Assembly (NCBI GenBank): GCA_951406725.2
Contig: OX597837.1
Location: forward strand, 6,448,001-6,512,000
Direction: 5' to 3'
Origin: Octopus vulgaris
Lineage: Eukaryota
Length of the DNA: 64,000 nucleotides
Part shown: one piece after another, positions 42,266 to 57,617 of the stretch
Layout: every line of letters starts with the position of its first letter
Position numbering within the stretch: the first letter of the stretch is position 1
Translations under genes and position numbers: made by a program
Notes under the pieces: generated by a model
Database searches by the model: none
The model's input: the letters and a program-made list of their open reading frames with translations, nothing else
Told to the model about the DNA's origin: nothing

Positions 42266-42619
42266 AAAAAAATAACATGGAGGTAAACACACCAAGCGTA
42301 TTTGTCAAGCAGTGGAAAAGGAAAACACACACACACGATCACATATATATATATATGTATACACACACACGCGTACACACACTCACCCTTTCTCTCACAC
42401 ACGCACACACACATATATATATATATATAGTTGAAAATTATAGAAAAATAGAAGACGTCAGGTGCATGAACAACAAGGAATTGTATTAGTCTGACGCTCG
42501 GGGAAATGAAACTGTCTTTTACGTTTCGTACCTACGCTCTTCAACAGAAAGAGATAAGAGAAAATAAACGGAGAGTGATATGAAAACACAAAAAAGAACT
42601 TGTAGATTTCAGCGGTCCA

Positions 42620-43435
<816 letters not shown>

Positions 43436-43515
43436 TAAGTGAATATATATATATATATATACACATACATATGTGTTTGTGTGTGTATAATCAAAGGTAA
43501 TGTGAATAGACTGTA

Positions 43516-43554
<39 letters not shown>

Positions 43555-43637
43555 GGTCCCGGGTTGATTCGGGGTTAACCACAGTAAGTAAGGTACTCAA
43601 TACATAGCAGAGTAAAATTAATTTATTATATAGAAGG

Positions 43638-43688
43638 AGCTTCTACAGGACTAGTACTGTTTCATTCAAGAGAAATCTTCAGGAAGCT
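43638..43688 (-). ncRNA. Type I hammerhead ribozyme motif (left palindrome arm)
   Basis: Reverse complement of 44269-44319. Confidence 0.7.
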
Positions 43689-44268
43689 ATTTAACAAGAA
43701 TTGTATTAGCATTTATACATTTAGGCAGGTTTAAAGGAGTGGTGGTGGGGGACTTTTTGGGGGTAGGCATAGCGCAAAATATCATACTTGGGGAGTGGTC
43801 AAGGAGTCAGTGGTAAGTTAGATGAAAGAATAGATAAATAAAAAAATAAAAAAATAAAAAATAAAAAAAATAAAAAAATAAAATAAAAAAATAAAAAAAT
43901 AAAAAATATAAAAAATATATATAAAAAAATATATATATAAAATATATATATATATATATATAAAATATATATATAAAATATATATATATATATATATTTT
44001 ATATATATATTTTATATATATATTTTTTTATATATATTTTTTATATTTTTTATTTTTTTATTTTTTATTTTATTTTTTTATTTTTTTATTTTTTTATTTT
44101 TTATTTTTTTATTTTTTTATTTATCTATTCTTTCATCTAACTTACCACTGACTCCTTGACCACTCCCCCAAGTATGATATTTTGCGCTATGCCTACCCCA
44201 AAAAGTCCCCACCACCACTCCTTTAAACCTGCCTAAATGTATAAATGCTAATACAATTCTTGTTAAAT

Positions 44269-44319
44269 AGCTTCCTGAAGATTTCTCTTGAATGAAACAG
44301 TACTAGTCCTGTAGAAGCT
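44269..44319 (+). ncRNA. Type I hammerhead ribozyme motif (right palindrome arm)
   Basis: agcttc-CTGAAGA-t ttc tctt gaa t-GAAA-cag tactagtc ct-GTA-gaagct: stem I 6 bp, short stem II, stem III acag/ctgt; predicted cleavage after A44313. Confidence 0.7.
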
Positions 44320-44330
44320 CCTTCTATATA

Positions 44331-44379
<49 letters not shown>

Positions 44380-45267
44380 TTTAAGAGACAGAATTTCCCT
44401 CAAGCGACTCAATCATCATTGAACGACATTTTCCAGGAAAGGTACATATTGAACTAAATATTAAAAATTATTAAAATTAATACCTAGAATTCTTATTCTA
44501 AATCATATACGTTACATTATATAAACTACTTATATATATAAGTGTGAAAAACAATCTGCAGCCTAGTGACAAACATATTTATGCCTGCTGGCCATTGCTA
44601 TAAGTTGTGATTTTTAATAAATTTTACCATAAATATGCTTATATATATATATATAAAACAAAGTGGAGTTGTAAGGTACCACACGAGTGGAATTTTATAT
44701 GAAAGAAGGTTTGAAAATGCAATTTTAAAAGATGTTTATTTCCTTTACCGGGTTCACTTTTTAGAAAAAGATCGTCAAAAGTAACATGTAAAAGTTTGGT
44801 TGTCTTAATTATTGGTTGTCACAAAATGCTACAATACATATATACATTCTTTGGTAACAAGAACATGTTAAGAACATAAAAAAGTTTAACAAGTTCATTA
44901 AAATATTGGGCACAAACGATTACAACATATATATACATTCTCAAGAACATGTTAAGGATAGTTTCCAGAAGGAATTATTAAAAAATTCAGTGGAGTATTT
45001 GTATTTTATCTGTATATTCATACACGCACAGAATATTATAAGTTCAAAAAAGTTTACATTATAGCAGTAAGGAAGCTTAAATTTCCTTACTACTATAATG
45101 TTATCGTAAGTCTTTTACGATAACATGGAAAAGAAAATAGATGTAAGATATGTATGGTTATTGAATTAGTAAAATCGGTTTTATAGGCATAATTATATAT
45201 ATGTGTAATATTCCAATATCCTTTGAGTAAAATCCAAAAGTCAAACAGATGTATGCATGGATGTATG

Positions 45268-45301
<34 letters not shown>

Positions 45302-45807
45302 TGTATGTATGTATGTATGTATGTATGTATGTATGCCTGCATGTATGTATGTATGTATGTATGTATGCATGCATGTATGTATGTATGTATGTATGTATGT
45401 ATGTATGTATGTATGCACGTATGTAGGTCTGTATGTTTGCATAACGTAACCACATGTGGAATGTTGGCGGTTATTTTCTTACCTCTTCCTATTCTCTTCG
45501 AATTTCCTCCTTCTCCTGTTTCTAACGAAGAGCATTGCTCGAAACATAAACCAGCCTTTCTTCCCTTCTCTGAACACCTTATTTAAAATTTGCATGTACC
45601 TCGCCCCCACGGTTTTGTTTTTTCTTGATGTCCCTTTATTTTCTCCGTTTTATACATAAATATATTAATAATTATGGGAGCTACAAATAGCACCAGCACA
45701 CTAGAAATAAGTAAGAACACGACTACAACCATAAATTTTCTCTGATACACATCAAGTGACATCGGCGGAATGATATTGTTGTAAACAATATCCTTGTATT
45801 TATACAT

Positions 45808-45875
<68 letters not shown>

Positions 45876-46362
45876 GTATATGTATATGTATACATATATA
45901 CGCACATGCATACACTCACACATATACGTATGCATGTATGTATTTATGTACATATATTTAACACTTCAAATATTGACACAGATTTCACCTAGGTTTATGC
46001 ATTCTTCCAACTTATGTAATTTAATATCTCACTGATTAATTTTTATGAAGCCTTTAATTATAATCGAATTGATTTAATCTCATTAAATCAAACTTTCGGA
46101 TATACATATATCTGTATGTATGTATATAACATATAAGTGATCAAGTATAAGATTTATTACATCTAAGTTAGCAGTGCATCCAAATACACGTCTTACGTCT
46201 ACACTCGCCTCCGCATCTTTGTTCCCAAAATATATTAATTTCTAATTGATGTAGAAACTGAAAGATATATATGTGTGTGCATGTATGTCTGCGCGAGTGT
46301 ATATATTTATGTGTATGTATTTTCCATATGTATATATAATTAGATACCTACATATTTATTTA

Positions 46363-46398
<36 letters not shown>

Positions 46399-46654
46399 CC
46401 CTTCCTTTAGTTGTAATTAAAGAGCACTTTACTTACTAATTCTGTTATGTGTAATTAAACACAAGTTTGCAAAGAACGTTAATTAAAAATTGTGATGAGG
46501 TTACGCCGAACTAAATTTTCAACTTAATGGCGTTGTAGAATTTTAAGTATGTTCCTGGATGATACGTGCATACATACATACATACATACATACATATACA
46601 TAGATATGTATGTACATATATGCATACATACATATATATATATATACACATATG

Positions 46655-46701
<47 letters not shown>

Positions 46702-46956
46702 TTGTGTACATAACTATATAGGTACGTATGTTTACAAGTATATTTTTGTGTGTGTATGAAAATGTATTTGTATGTAAATATGTATATGTGAATAGATGTA
46801 GACGCAGTCTTATGGCAATGGAAGAGTAGCGCGCACAATCAAGTTTGAAGATGGAACGATCACCACACACACACATACTCAAACGCATACATACACACAT
46901 AAATACATTTATATCTATATATACATATATGGACATATATATATGTATATGTATAT

Positions 46957-47032
<76 letters not shown>

Positions 47033-47490
47033 GTATATATATATGTATATATATATATATATTATATATATATATATATATTCATTGTAGGAGCTGAATT
47101 CTTGAAATCCTACACACCTATAAACATATACACATATATATGTATGTGTGTGTGTTTGTACGTGTGTGTGTTTGTACGTGTGTGTGTGTGTGCGTGCGCA
47201 CGTGCACGCGCTTAATGCTTGCATGAATGTACATACGTGATTTTCTATGCTGACAAAGCGACTACAATCTTTTAAGTATTTCGGAAAAATATTTACTCTC
47301 CAATTGAAATTCCGAGATGGAATGAGAGAGCTTCTGCGCAGAGTCCGTCTCACCAATGTTATTCACGTTCTGAGGTTCTGTGTAAACATGAATGTAGCTT
47401 CATATTTTCGCTGAAAATCATGCTTTGTAACATTGAAACATTGGACATGATCTGCCATATTACAACATCACCATTATCATTATCATTATC

Positions 47491-47573
<83 letters not shown>

Positions 47574-47638
47574 CATTATTATTATTATTGTTGCTGTTGT
47601 TGTTATTATTATCATCATCATCATCATTATTATTATTA

Positions 47639-47768
<130 letters not shown>

Positions 47769-47833
47769 CATTATTATTATTATTGTTGCTGTTGTTGTTA
47801 TTATTATCATCATCATCATCATTATTATTATTA

Positions 47834-47907
<74 letters not shown>

Positions 47908-47934
47908 TCTGGTACCAAGTACGTGTTACCTCTT

Positions 47935-48300
47935 ATTCATTGTTCCGGCATAGCGGCCAGTGAGGTTTCAGGGATACTTTCATTGGATGATTGGCAGTTA
48001 CGACCTCAGTCTTGTATACCACATTTTTACTTAGACAGGAACCCCCTAATGGACATAAATTGTGGTTCCGACAATTGCAGGCTTTATTCCGGTTACTCAT
48101 CCCTGTGAATTCTTTATCTATGTTATTGTTAATCCCACTCGTATTGGGACTACCCGCATCCCCGTTATTCCCAAGTTTAAATATATCATTCCCTGCTATT
48201 ATCAATCCTAAATTTGGTGTAGTTGAGTATGAGAGTTTTAGACACGATCTATTAAAAATAGAGCTGTATTCATGGACTACAGGGAAATTCTTATCGTCGA
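47935..48300 (-). mobile_element. Penelope-like element fragment (RT-EN linker with Cys cluster)
   Basis: YSSIFNRSCLKLSYSTTPNLGLII..CNCRNHNLCPLGGSCLSKNVVYKTEV: K.SYS..PN and CNC....CPL.G.C...VVY motifs that precede the GIY-YIG in PLEs. Confidence 0.8.
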
Positions 48301-49567
48301 TATAATGCAGTAGAATATAATATGATATAGTATAGTAAAATATACTGTAATTTAACATAATATAGTATAATATGTATTATACGTATGTACATATGCTCTA
48401 AATCTGGCAATGTTTGCTTCAGATCTAAATTCCCCTTATTACATCTTGATCCACACTTTTTATTTCCAGACCTACTTTTTATTTACAGTCCTACTTACAC
48501 CAAGATATAACTTTACATCACTTTCTTTCTGCTATACTACGCGCACTTAGATACCAGAAGCGTCGCTTTGTCATTACTCAAACCAAAACATACATCTATG
48601 AATGCGAGTAAGAAAAAAAAAACAAAAAAAAAACGACACAAAGAAAAGAAAAAATTGCTGAAAGCAAAAGCAAACAAAGTGAAAAAAAAAACCCAAATGC
48701 CAATGGGATTATTTCAATTAAGATATAAAATTACAGTTTGCGACGTTGAAGAACCTGGTAATCACAAAAAATATACAATACTGTGTATTCATATATTCAA
48801 TAACCCATGCATAGAATATTCCCCTTTAAAATATCCTACACGATAACACGATAATCATACATATTATCTCTCCCCCTTCTCTCTCCCTCACATACACACA
48901 TACATATACAGATACATAAAGAAATAGATACATACACAAATATATATATATGCGTGTGTGTGTCAAAGAGAGAGAGACTATGTGTGTTTGTGTGTTTGTG
49001 TGTGCGTGTGTTTCTGTATGCACTTATGATCATATATATATATTCAGGCACATATACATAGATATATACATATATACATGTATGTGTGTGTTCGTTGTGT
49101 GTGTGTGTGGATGTGAGTGTATACGTGTGAATACCAGTTCGTATGTATGTTTGTGTGTGTGTGTGTGGATGTGAGTGTATATGTGTGTGTACCATTTCGT
49201 GTGTGTGTTTGTGTGTGTCTGTGTACGTTTCTATATACACATATGACTATATATTTTCAGGCACGTATACATAGATATATACATATATCCATTTTTGTGT
49301 GTGTGTCTGTCTGTCTGTCTCTCTCTGTGTCTGTGTGTGCACGCGTATGTGTAGATATATGCCAGCGAATTACAAAAATGAACTGGTCAACCTAATTAGA
49401 TGGAGGCACAATCCTCAAACACATTTTACCATAAACATAGACAGGAAGATTTTAAATTCATCAGCCAACAATTAATTAAGAAAATAAAGAACAGAGACAA
49501 TAAACCGAAAGAACATAATAAACAACCCTGTAAACATGAGAAATATTTGCATTCAAAATAAACTACG

Positions 49568-49765
49568 AAGGCGGAGAGCTGGTAGGCCAGTGTACACACG
49601 GAGCAAAATGCTTAGCGGCATTTCATTGATCTGAGTTCAAATTCCGTCGAGATCGACTTTGCTCTTCATCCTTTCGGGTCGATAAAATAAGTACTACTTG
49701 AGTACTGGGGCCGACTTAATCGATTTATTCCTTCCCTTGAATTTCCTGGTACAATACGAAGATTT
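49568..49765 (+). mobile_element. SINE group B
   Basis: aaggcggagagctgg..aaatgcttagcggcatttc..gagttcaaattccgtcgagatcgactttgc. Confidence 0.7.
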
Positions 49766-49879
49766 CAAACCAATATATGTTATTTTGGCGGAAAATTTGC
49801 AGAATCTTCATCAAGCCGCGCAAAATGGTTATATATATACACACCGACATTATATATATATATATATACGTGATTCTAT

Positions 49880-50020
49880 CAATTTCCGTCCTCCAAATCC
49901 ACTCACAAGGCCTTGGTCGGCCCGAGGCTATAGTAGAAGACACTTGCCCAAGGTGACATGCCATGAGAGACTGAAACCAGGCCCATGTGATAGGGAAACA
50001 AGTTTCTTACTGCATGCCTA
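49880..50020 (-). mobile_element. SINE group A, 5' half
   Basis: ccaaatccactcacaaggccttggtcggcccgaggctatagtagaagacacttgcccaaggtg. Confidence 0.75.
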
Positions 50021-50873
50021 TATATGGATGTCTGTGTATATGTATGTGTGAGTATGTGTGTACCTTTTATATTATAACTTGTTTCATTTACTAGACTGAA
50101 GGCATGCACCTATACAGGTAATGTCAATTTGATGGACGGATTGAGCTAATCTTAAACATATATATTTGATCACCTTAAACAATAATTTTTGAAGGTTGTT
50201 AAGTAAGATATTTCAGAATCGTCTTTCTAGTACTACGAGACATCATTATCATCAACACCCGTTTGCGGATGATGATGATGGTTAAATAATGATTGGCAAA
50301 GTGTCAATTAGATATAAAGAAGTGAAACACAACCAGGGCATGTGTGTATTATGAGCATAATGATCCACCCGAGATACAAAAAAAGATATAATAATGTTCG
50401 AACAAACATGTTCACATCAATAATTTTGTTGCACGAATAGAAAATACAGTTTAATAGAGTATAAATTTTCTATACCAAATACTATATCTAATTATATATC
50501 GTATTATATAATCGATAATACTATATAATCATAGTATTGATTTTAAAATCGAGTAAATATAGTCATCGAATAAAACGTGATGCTTCAAAGACATTTACGG
50601 AAACTTACGAATTGGGGCAAATTATTTCAGAGTGTGTTTGTGTGTGTGCGTGTGTGTGTGTGTGTGTTTGTGAGATTGTGAATATATATCGTTTGCTTCC
50701 GATGTATTCTTTTGTTATCTGATCTATACGTCAATAAGTGATGTCATCTCGAGACAGATACAGCAGCTTATTAGGCTTTTAGTATGATACATGACTGTTA
50801 TTGGAAAATAAGGCTGCTCGTATCGCACTGTCTATAACTAATATGATCTGTTATCATATATGCGTACGTGTAA

Positions 50874-50920
<47 letters not shown>

Positions 50921-50987
50921 CGATGTATATATATATATATAGGTAATATTTATACATATAGGTAATATATATATATATATGTATATA

Positions 50988-51388
50988 TTTGTTTCAGTCA
51001 TTTGACTGTGGCAATGCTGGAGCAGCGCCTTTAGTCGAGCAACTCGACCCCAGGACTTATTCTTTTGTAAGCCCTGTACTTATTCTATCGGTCTCTTTTG
51101 CCGAACCGCTAAGTAACGGGGACATAAACACACCAGCATCGGTTGTCAAGCAATGATAGGGGGACAAACACAGACACACAAACATATACACACACATACA
51201 TATATATATATATATACATGTATACGACAGGCTTCTTTCAGTTTCCATCTACCAAATCCACTCACAAGGCTTTGGTCGGCCCGAGACTATAGTAGAAGAA
51301 ACTTGCCCAAGGTGCCACGCAGTGGGACTGAACCCGGAACCATGTGGTTGGTAAGCAAGCCACTTACCACACAGCCACTCCTACGCCT
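50988..51388 (-). mobile_element. SINE group A, full length
   Basis: Complete tail-to-head match with other copies. Confidence 0.85.
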
Positions 51389-51393
51389 ATATA

Positions 51394-51473
<80 letters not shown>

Positions 51474-52221
51474 TTTAGAGATGGTAGACCCCTACACGTA
51501 CACACATATAATAATAGATCATATTAGTGATAGACACTGCGATAAGAGCATGGTTTGGTGCCTTATATACTTTAACGAACCTAAAAACTTGCGCGGGATT
51601 TGAACTCGAAACATAGACCGAATATCTATAAGATAGTCAATCGGACGCTTTAATGGCTCTGCCACAGTAAAATATGCTAATTCAAATCCAGTTGTAATGG
51701 TGTGTAGAGGCCTATAGAGGTGAGTTTGTTATGTATATCATTACTGGATGTCATGAATTTTAAAATGCGCAGCTGTCTGTGACAAGAGAAATAGGATTAT
51801 TAATTCTAGAAAATTGAAAATGAATTAATATGGATTTAATTTTGAAAAGAGCGAATAAAGGGCTCGCATTTATGTACTTTCATAACATATTATGGAAGAC
51901 AAACAATGTTCAGTTTTTCATATTCTGGATAAAAATTTCCTCATTAAACGCATGCGTACACACATTAACACGCGCGTAGATGGGAATGGCTGTCGCTCAG
52001 TATACAAAATATTTATCGTCCAGATTACGTTAAATTCCCATCGTTGTGTGACCCCCTCGTCTTTATGCAATGTTAGAAGGATTAAAGAGCTCATAAGTAA
52101 TAACAAAAAGAATACGGGCTTCAAATTGGTTTCCTTTTATTTGATTTGTTACAGATGTAAGGATGCGTGTGAATATGTACATATGTATACATATACCCAT
52201 GTATGTCTATGTATGTATGTA

Positions 52222-52280
<59 letters not shown>

Positions 52281-52577
52281 TGTGTGTGTGTGCTTGTGTG
52301 TGTGTGAATATATATATATATATAAGTAAATTAATGGAGTTGAACGAAGATGTTATTAAAATTCTTTTACTTTCGACATATGTTTCGAAGACAACATTGG
52401 TTTTATTCCAAAGGAATAGACGGTGTAAAATGCTACACAAATTACTGCACATTAACCCGGAATTTCTACCTTTGAATTTCTACCTTCATCCGTGTCATAT
52501 GCATGAATTTTGCTACCCTGATAACTGTTTATTGAATTTTCCATGTTAACGGTAAACAAAGGATAATTCATTCATCC

Positions 52578-52624
<47 letters not shown>

Positions 52625-52633
52625 CATACATAC

Positions 52634-52670
<37 letters not shown>

Positions 52671-53547
52671 TATATTTACACCCTGGCACAGAGTAAATTG
52701 CAACACGTAACCTAATAATAATAACAACAACAATAATATCGAAAAAGACCTCAGGAATGAGAACCCGAACTTAGAAACTTCCCCAAGACACTTGATGAAG
52801 GCTGGAGAGTATATCAGCCGAACCGTTGTGTTAACAACAAACAAGATGAGGACAAATATCCGTCAAACGTAAATAATGTAAATAATGTCAATACTACAGT
52901 GCTGTAGAGTCCGGAAAACAAAGGCTCTCCCCCCAGGCAATTGATCTACGATGTATCGCTTCTCGTAGAGGCTTATGTCGTTGTTCAGGCCACACCGATA
53001 TAGAAAATACATTTCCTAAAGAAAGATAAATTACAACAAAACGAGAACAAATACCGTAATAACAACAACGATAACAACAACAACAATACGAGCAGCAGAA
53101 GCAACAGACTAATGCAAATAGAAATTGGTTTGGTTCATTGGTCAATATTCCTCATTTTCTTTTTCAATCATAACTTCTTTAATGTTCGAAAACATTGTCC
53201 TTTCAAGTAATAATTTTCGTTTCGCCCATCGATCTCATCACATTTGTTTGTAAACCTATAAATTTATCAGCCCCACGTCTTCTATATGTTGTATATGAAT
53301 ATGCACACACACACACACACACACGCACACACACACGCACGCACACACACACGCACACAGACACACACTCACACACACATATATATGTAGATCTATAAAT
53401 TTGTATATGTATATATGTTTATGCATGCGTAAATATATAATATATATATAATATATATAATATATATAATATATATAATATATAATATATAATATATAAT
53501 TTGTATATATATAATTATATTATAAATAAATACACACATATATGCAC

Positions 53548-53590
<43 letters not shown>

Positions 53591-53786
53591 AATATATAAA
53601 CATATAGATATATGCATATATACATACAGCTACGTTTAGATAGATATATGCATACATATACATATATATACAAATATATATGCATACATACATTTATATG
53701 TAGGTGTATATATATATGTATATATATATATATGTATATATATATATGTATATATATATATATACCTTTATATATATCTATCTATT

Positions 53787-53836
<50 letters not shown>

Positions 53837-54178
53837 CACGCATGCAAATATAATTTTTAACTCTTCATCATATGTTGTCACAACGGTAATTTGTTTTCAA
53901 GTTTTCCAGTTAAGAATTTCGTTTTCGTTATGGCGATCGGAATGCGATGTAATAATAAGCCAGGGTATACGTTAGAAAGCTAATAAATAACCAACGTAGT
54001 CTCAGAGGCAACTCACTCGCTTCCATACCATTCTGACAAATTGCGAGATCATATTAAAATATACCTACAATAAAGCTAATGTCCCCACTCCCGTTTATAT
54101 GCTATGTCGCAATATATTAACTAGTCAAATTCAGATAGCGTTTGGTAGTAAATTTCAATACATATTTATGTATGTATG

Positions 54179-54234
<56 letters not shown>

Positions 54235-54283
54235 TACATATATACATATATATATACATATGTACATATACATACATACATAT

Positions 54284-54314
<31 letters not shown>

Positions 54315-54728
54315 CAAACATAGACACACGCACATAGTCACGTGCCCAGTAAGGCATACACTTGTATACACATAAGCATAAATAATAGATATATGTGTAT
54401 ATATAAACATAAATTATAAATGTATATGTGTGTGTGTGTGTGTGAGTGAAATATATGTCTATCTTTTTATATCTGTATATATACACACATATATATGTAT
54501 GTATGTGTATATATATACATACATTTATGTATGCAAGTATTTATGTACGTATGTGTGCGTATATATATATATATATATACATAAATATATATATATATAC
54601 ATATATATATGCAGATACATAAATATATATACATATACATACATATATATAACATGGCTGGCTAATTCACAATATTACAAGTTAAAGCTGAAAATTATAA
54701 ATAACATTTAGTGACGTATATATCTCTG

Positions 54729-54779
<51 letters not shown>

Positions 54780-54859
54780 GTATGTGTGTATGTATGTATG
54801 CATGTGTATATATATATGTGAGTGTGTGTATGTATGTATATATATATATATATGTATGC

Positions 54860-54901
<42 letters not shown>

Positions 54902-55271
54902 AGATTAGATAGATAAATAGATAGATACGGTATGCTCTCGGTCTCTGTTTCACACACATCATCACTCAACCACTCGCGCACACATATATAGAGCGTAGGG
55001 CTGTACGTATATATTTTTTGATAAGTACGAGTATATTTATGCCCATATGTGAATGAGGTAGTAATATATAAGTTGTGCATCTAATAATCTACTTGACGAA
55101 ATATCTTTGTTTTATTGGCTATCGTATTTTGGAACAAACTTGCAGCGAAGTAATAAAGTCACTTTTGAATAAGCAGTTGTAAAATTGTCATCTCTTTCGG
55201 CTACAAGCACGCATTGGGATACATGAATACACATATATATATGTATGTGTCTTTATATATATGTATATATG

Positions 55272-55302
<31 letters not shown>

Positions 55303-55563
55303 GTATGTATATATATGTATATATGTATATATATATATATACATGTTTGTCTGTATATATGTGTATATACATACGTATATATATGTTTATCTATATATGT
55401 ATATATGTATATGTATGTATATATGTGTATATATATATATATATAAGTACATGCAGATATATACGTATATATATACATACATATACATACATATATTTAT
55501 ATATATATATGTATATATGTATATATAAATATATGTTTGTATGTATATATATATACATATATA

Positions 55564-55641
<78 letters not shown>

Positions 55642-55669
55642 AGGTGCGGACTATATTTGAAGTCATCAC

Positions 55670-56045
55670 ATCGGCTCTTGTGCTTGACTGGTTCTTCACA
55701 TTTTATCGACCCTTGAAATATGACAGGCAAAGTTAATCTCGGTGATATTTGAACGAAGAACGTAAAGAACCGAAAGAAACGTCACTAAGCATCTTATCCT
55801 CCCAGATCGCTGCCTCATTAACAGCAATAATATTTCTTTTTGATATTAATAGAAAGTTTGAAATTTTTGAAGTAAAGGGTTGGTCTATTATGTCAACTAC
55901 AATGCACGAATGATAAATATTTTGTCAACCTCGAAACGATAAATGGCCAAATCGACCCCAGCGGAATTTGAACTCAGAACGTAAAACTGGAAGAAATACC
56001 ATCAAGAACTTTGTCCGACCCACGAACGATTCTGCCTACACGCCG
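55670..56045 (-). mobile_element. Two degenerate SINE group B copies
   Basis: ttatcgacccttgaaatatgacaggcaaagtt..tttgaacg and cgaccccagcggaatttgaactcagaacgt. Confidence 0.55.
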
Positions 56046-56077
56046 CGTTTCTGCTCCACATTATTTACTAATAAGCT

Positions 56078-56510
56078 AAGGTGGCGAGCTGGCAGAAACG
56101 TTAGCACGCCGGGCGAAATGCGTAGCCGTATTTCGTCTGTCGTTACGTTGTGAGTTCAAATTCCGCCGAGGTCGACTTTGCCTTTCATCCTTTCGGGGTC
56201 GATAAATTAATTACCAGTTACGCACTGTTGTCGATGTAATCGACTTAATCCCTTTGTCTATCCTTGTTTGTCCCGTCTGTGTTTAGTCCCTTGTGGGCAA
56301 TAAAGAAATAAGAAACGTTAGCACACCAGGCGTAATGCTTATTGGTATATTGTCTGTCTTTACGTTCTGAGTTCCAATTCCGCTGAGGTCAACTTTGCCT
56401 TTTATCCTTTCTGGATCGATAAATTAAGTACCAGTTGTGTACTGGGGTTAATCTAATTGACTAGCCCCTTACCTCCAAAATTTCGGGCCTTGTGCCTCGA
56501 GCAGAAACGA
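56078..56510 (+). mobile_element. SINE group B dimer
   Basis: Head aaggtggcgagctggcagaaacgttagcacg; the second unit restarts at agaaacgttagcac (~56311). Confidence 0.85.
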
Positions 56511-57402
56511 TTATTTTTTACTAATCTGCGAAAGAGCATGACGGTTGGCCGCAATTTGCACTTGATAAGAATACTTATTTTCCTCACGGGACATTAGTAA
56601 TTCACATTTTTAAAGAGCGTAGGGTGTCTTTGACGAATACAGTAGCAACGAACTAATCAATTCCGGTGTATTGTAAAGGCCTGGTGTATTTTAGCGAATG
56701 TAGAAGGACGAAAGTTTTGCAACAACATTCTCTAATCATTGAATACCGGGAGGTATTGTGTCTGACGTGCTAACGATTTTACTCGCGCGCTGTCTTCATA
56801 ATAACATTTAGTGCTACATTATTCAACAAGTCTTTTTCTTTTGAAATCATACAGTTTCATATAAATGAATCTTTGGCTGTGATTTCTGGCAAGTGAAGTG
56901 AAGATACAGGCATAGATGCTTCCTCGATTGATTATACGGCTTCTCTTTGTATGTTCAGAAATATCATTTTTTTTTTTTTCAGATATAAATCATATACACT
57001 GTCATATATTTAATATATTCATTTGGGCGTTATTATGTTTCAACTACCCCAACATCGATTCTAATTAAATACACGCACAATCAAGACATTTTTTAAAAAA
57101 TAGATTTTCCTTTTCTTCTGGTCCAGTAAATTCCCTCGTCGCAACAACCAGGAAAGAGAATGGAGGATGGCCTGGAGATATTCCAATAAAACAACCGAAT
57201 AATGGTTTCTATTCTTTATAGAAACAAATTCTAAGAATTCCTGTTTTATCAACCAATATCCCCTGGCTGATTTCTCGTTATATATGCAAACATATATACA
57301 TAAATGCATACTTAAATACATGAACACACGTGTACATAAACACATACATATACGAGTACACACACACACACACGCACATACACACATGTATGTATATATA
57401 TA

Positions 57403-57434
<32 letters not shown>

Positions 57435-57447
57435 GTATACATATATA

Positions 57448-57500
<53 letters not shown>

Positions 57501-57520
57501 TATATACATATATATATAAA

Positions 57521-57566
<46 letters not shown>

Positions 57567-57571
57567 AATGT

Positions 57572-57617
<46 letters not shown>

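Larger units (their letters stand above)
43621..44335. repeat. Near-perfect ~715-bp palindrome (arms ~350-365 bp, centre in a TA run near 43987)
   Basis: atttattatatagaaggagcttctacaggactag.. at 43621 is the reverse complement of ..ctagtcctgtagaagctccttctatataataaat ending at 44335; the match continues inward to the centre. Confidence 0.95.

Noticed and set aside
52372-52500. cGGATGAag..cttcGAAACatatGTC on the minus strand
   Set aside because: Non-canonical core and no stem I pairing.
57183-57252. Three-stem layout with GAAAC on the minus strand
   Set aside because: The core box is replaced by aggaa; insufficient evidence.
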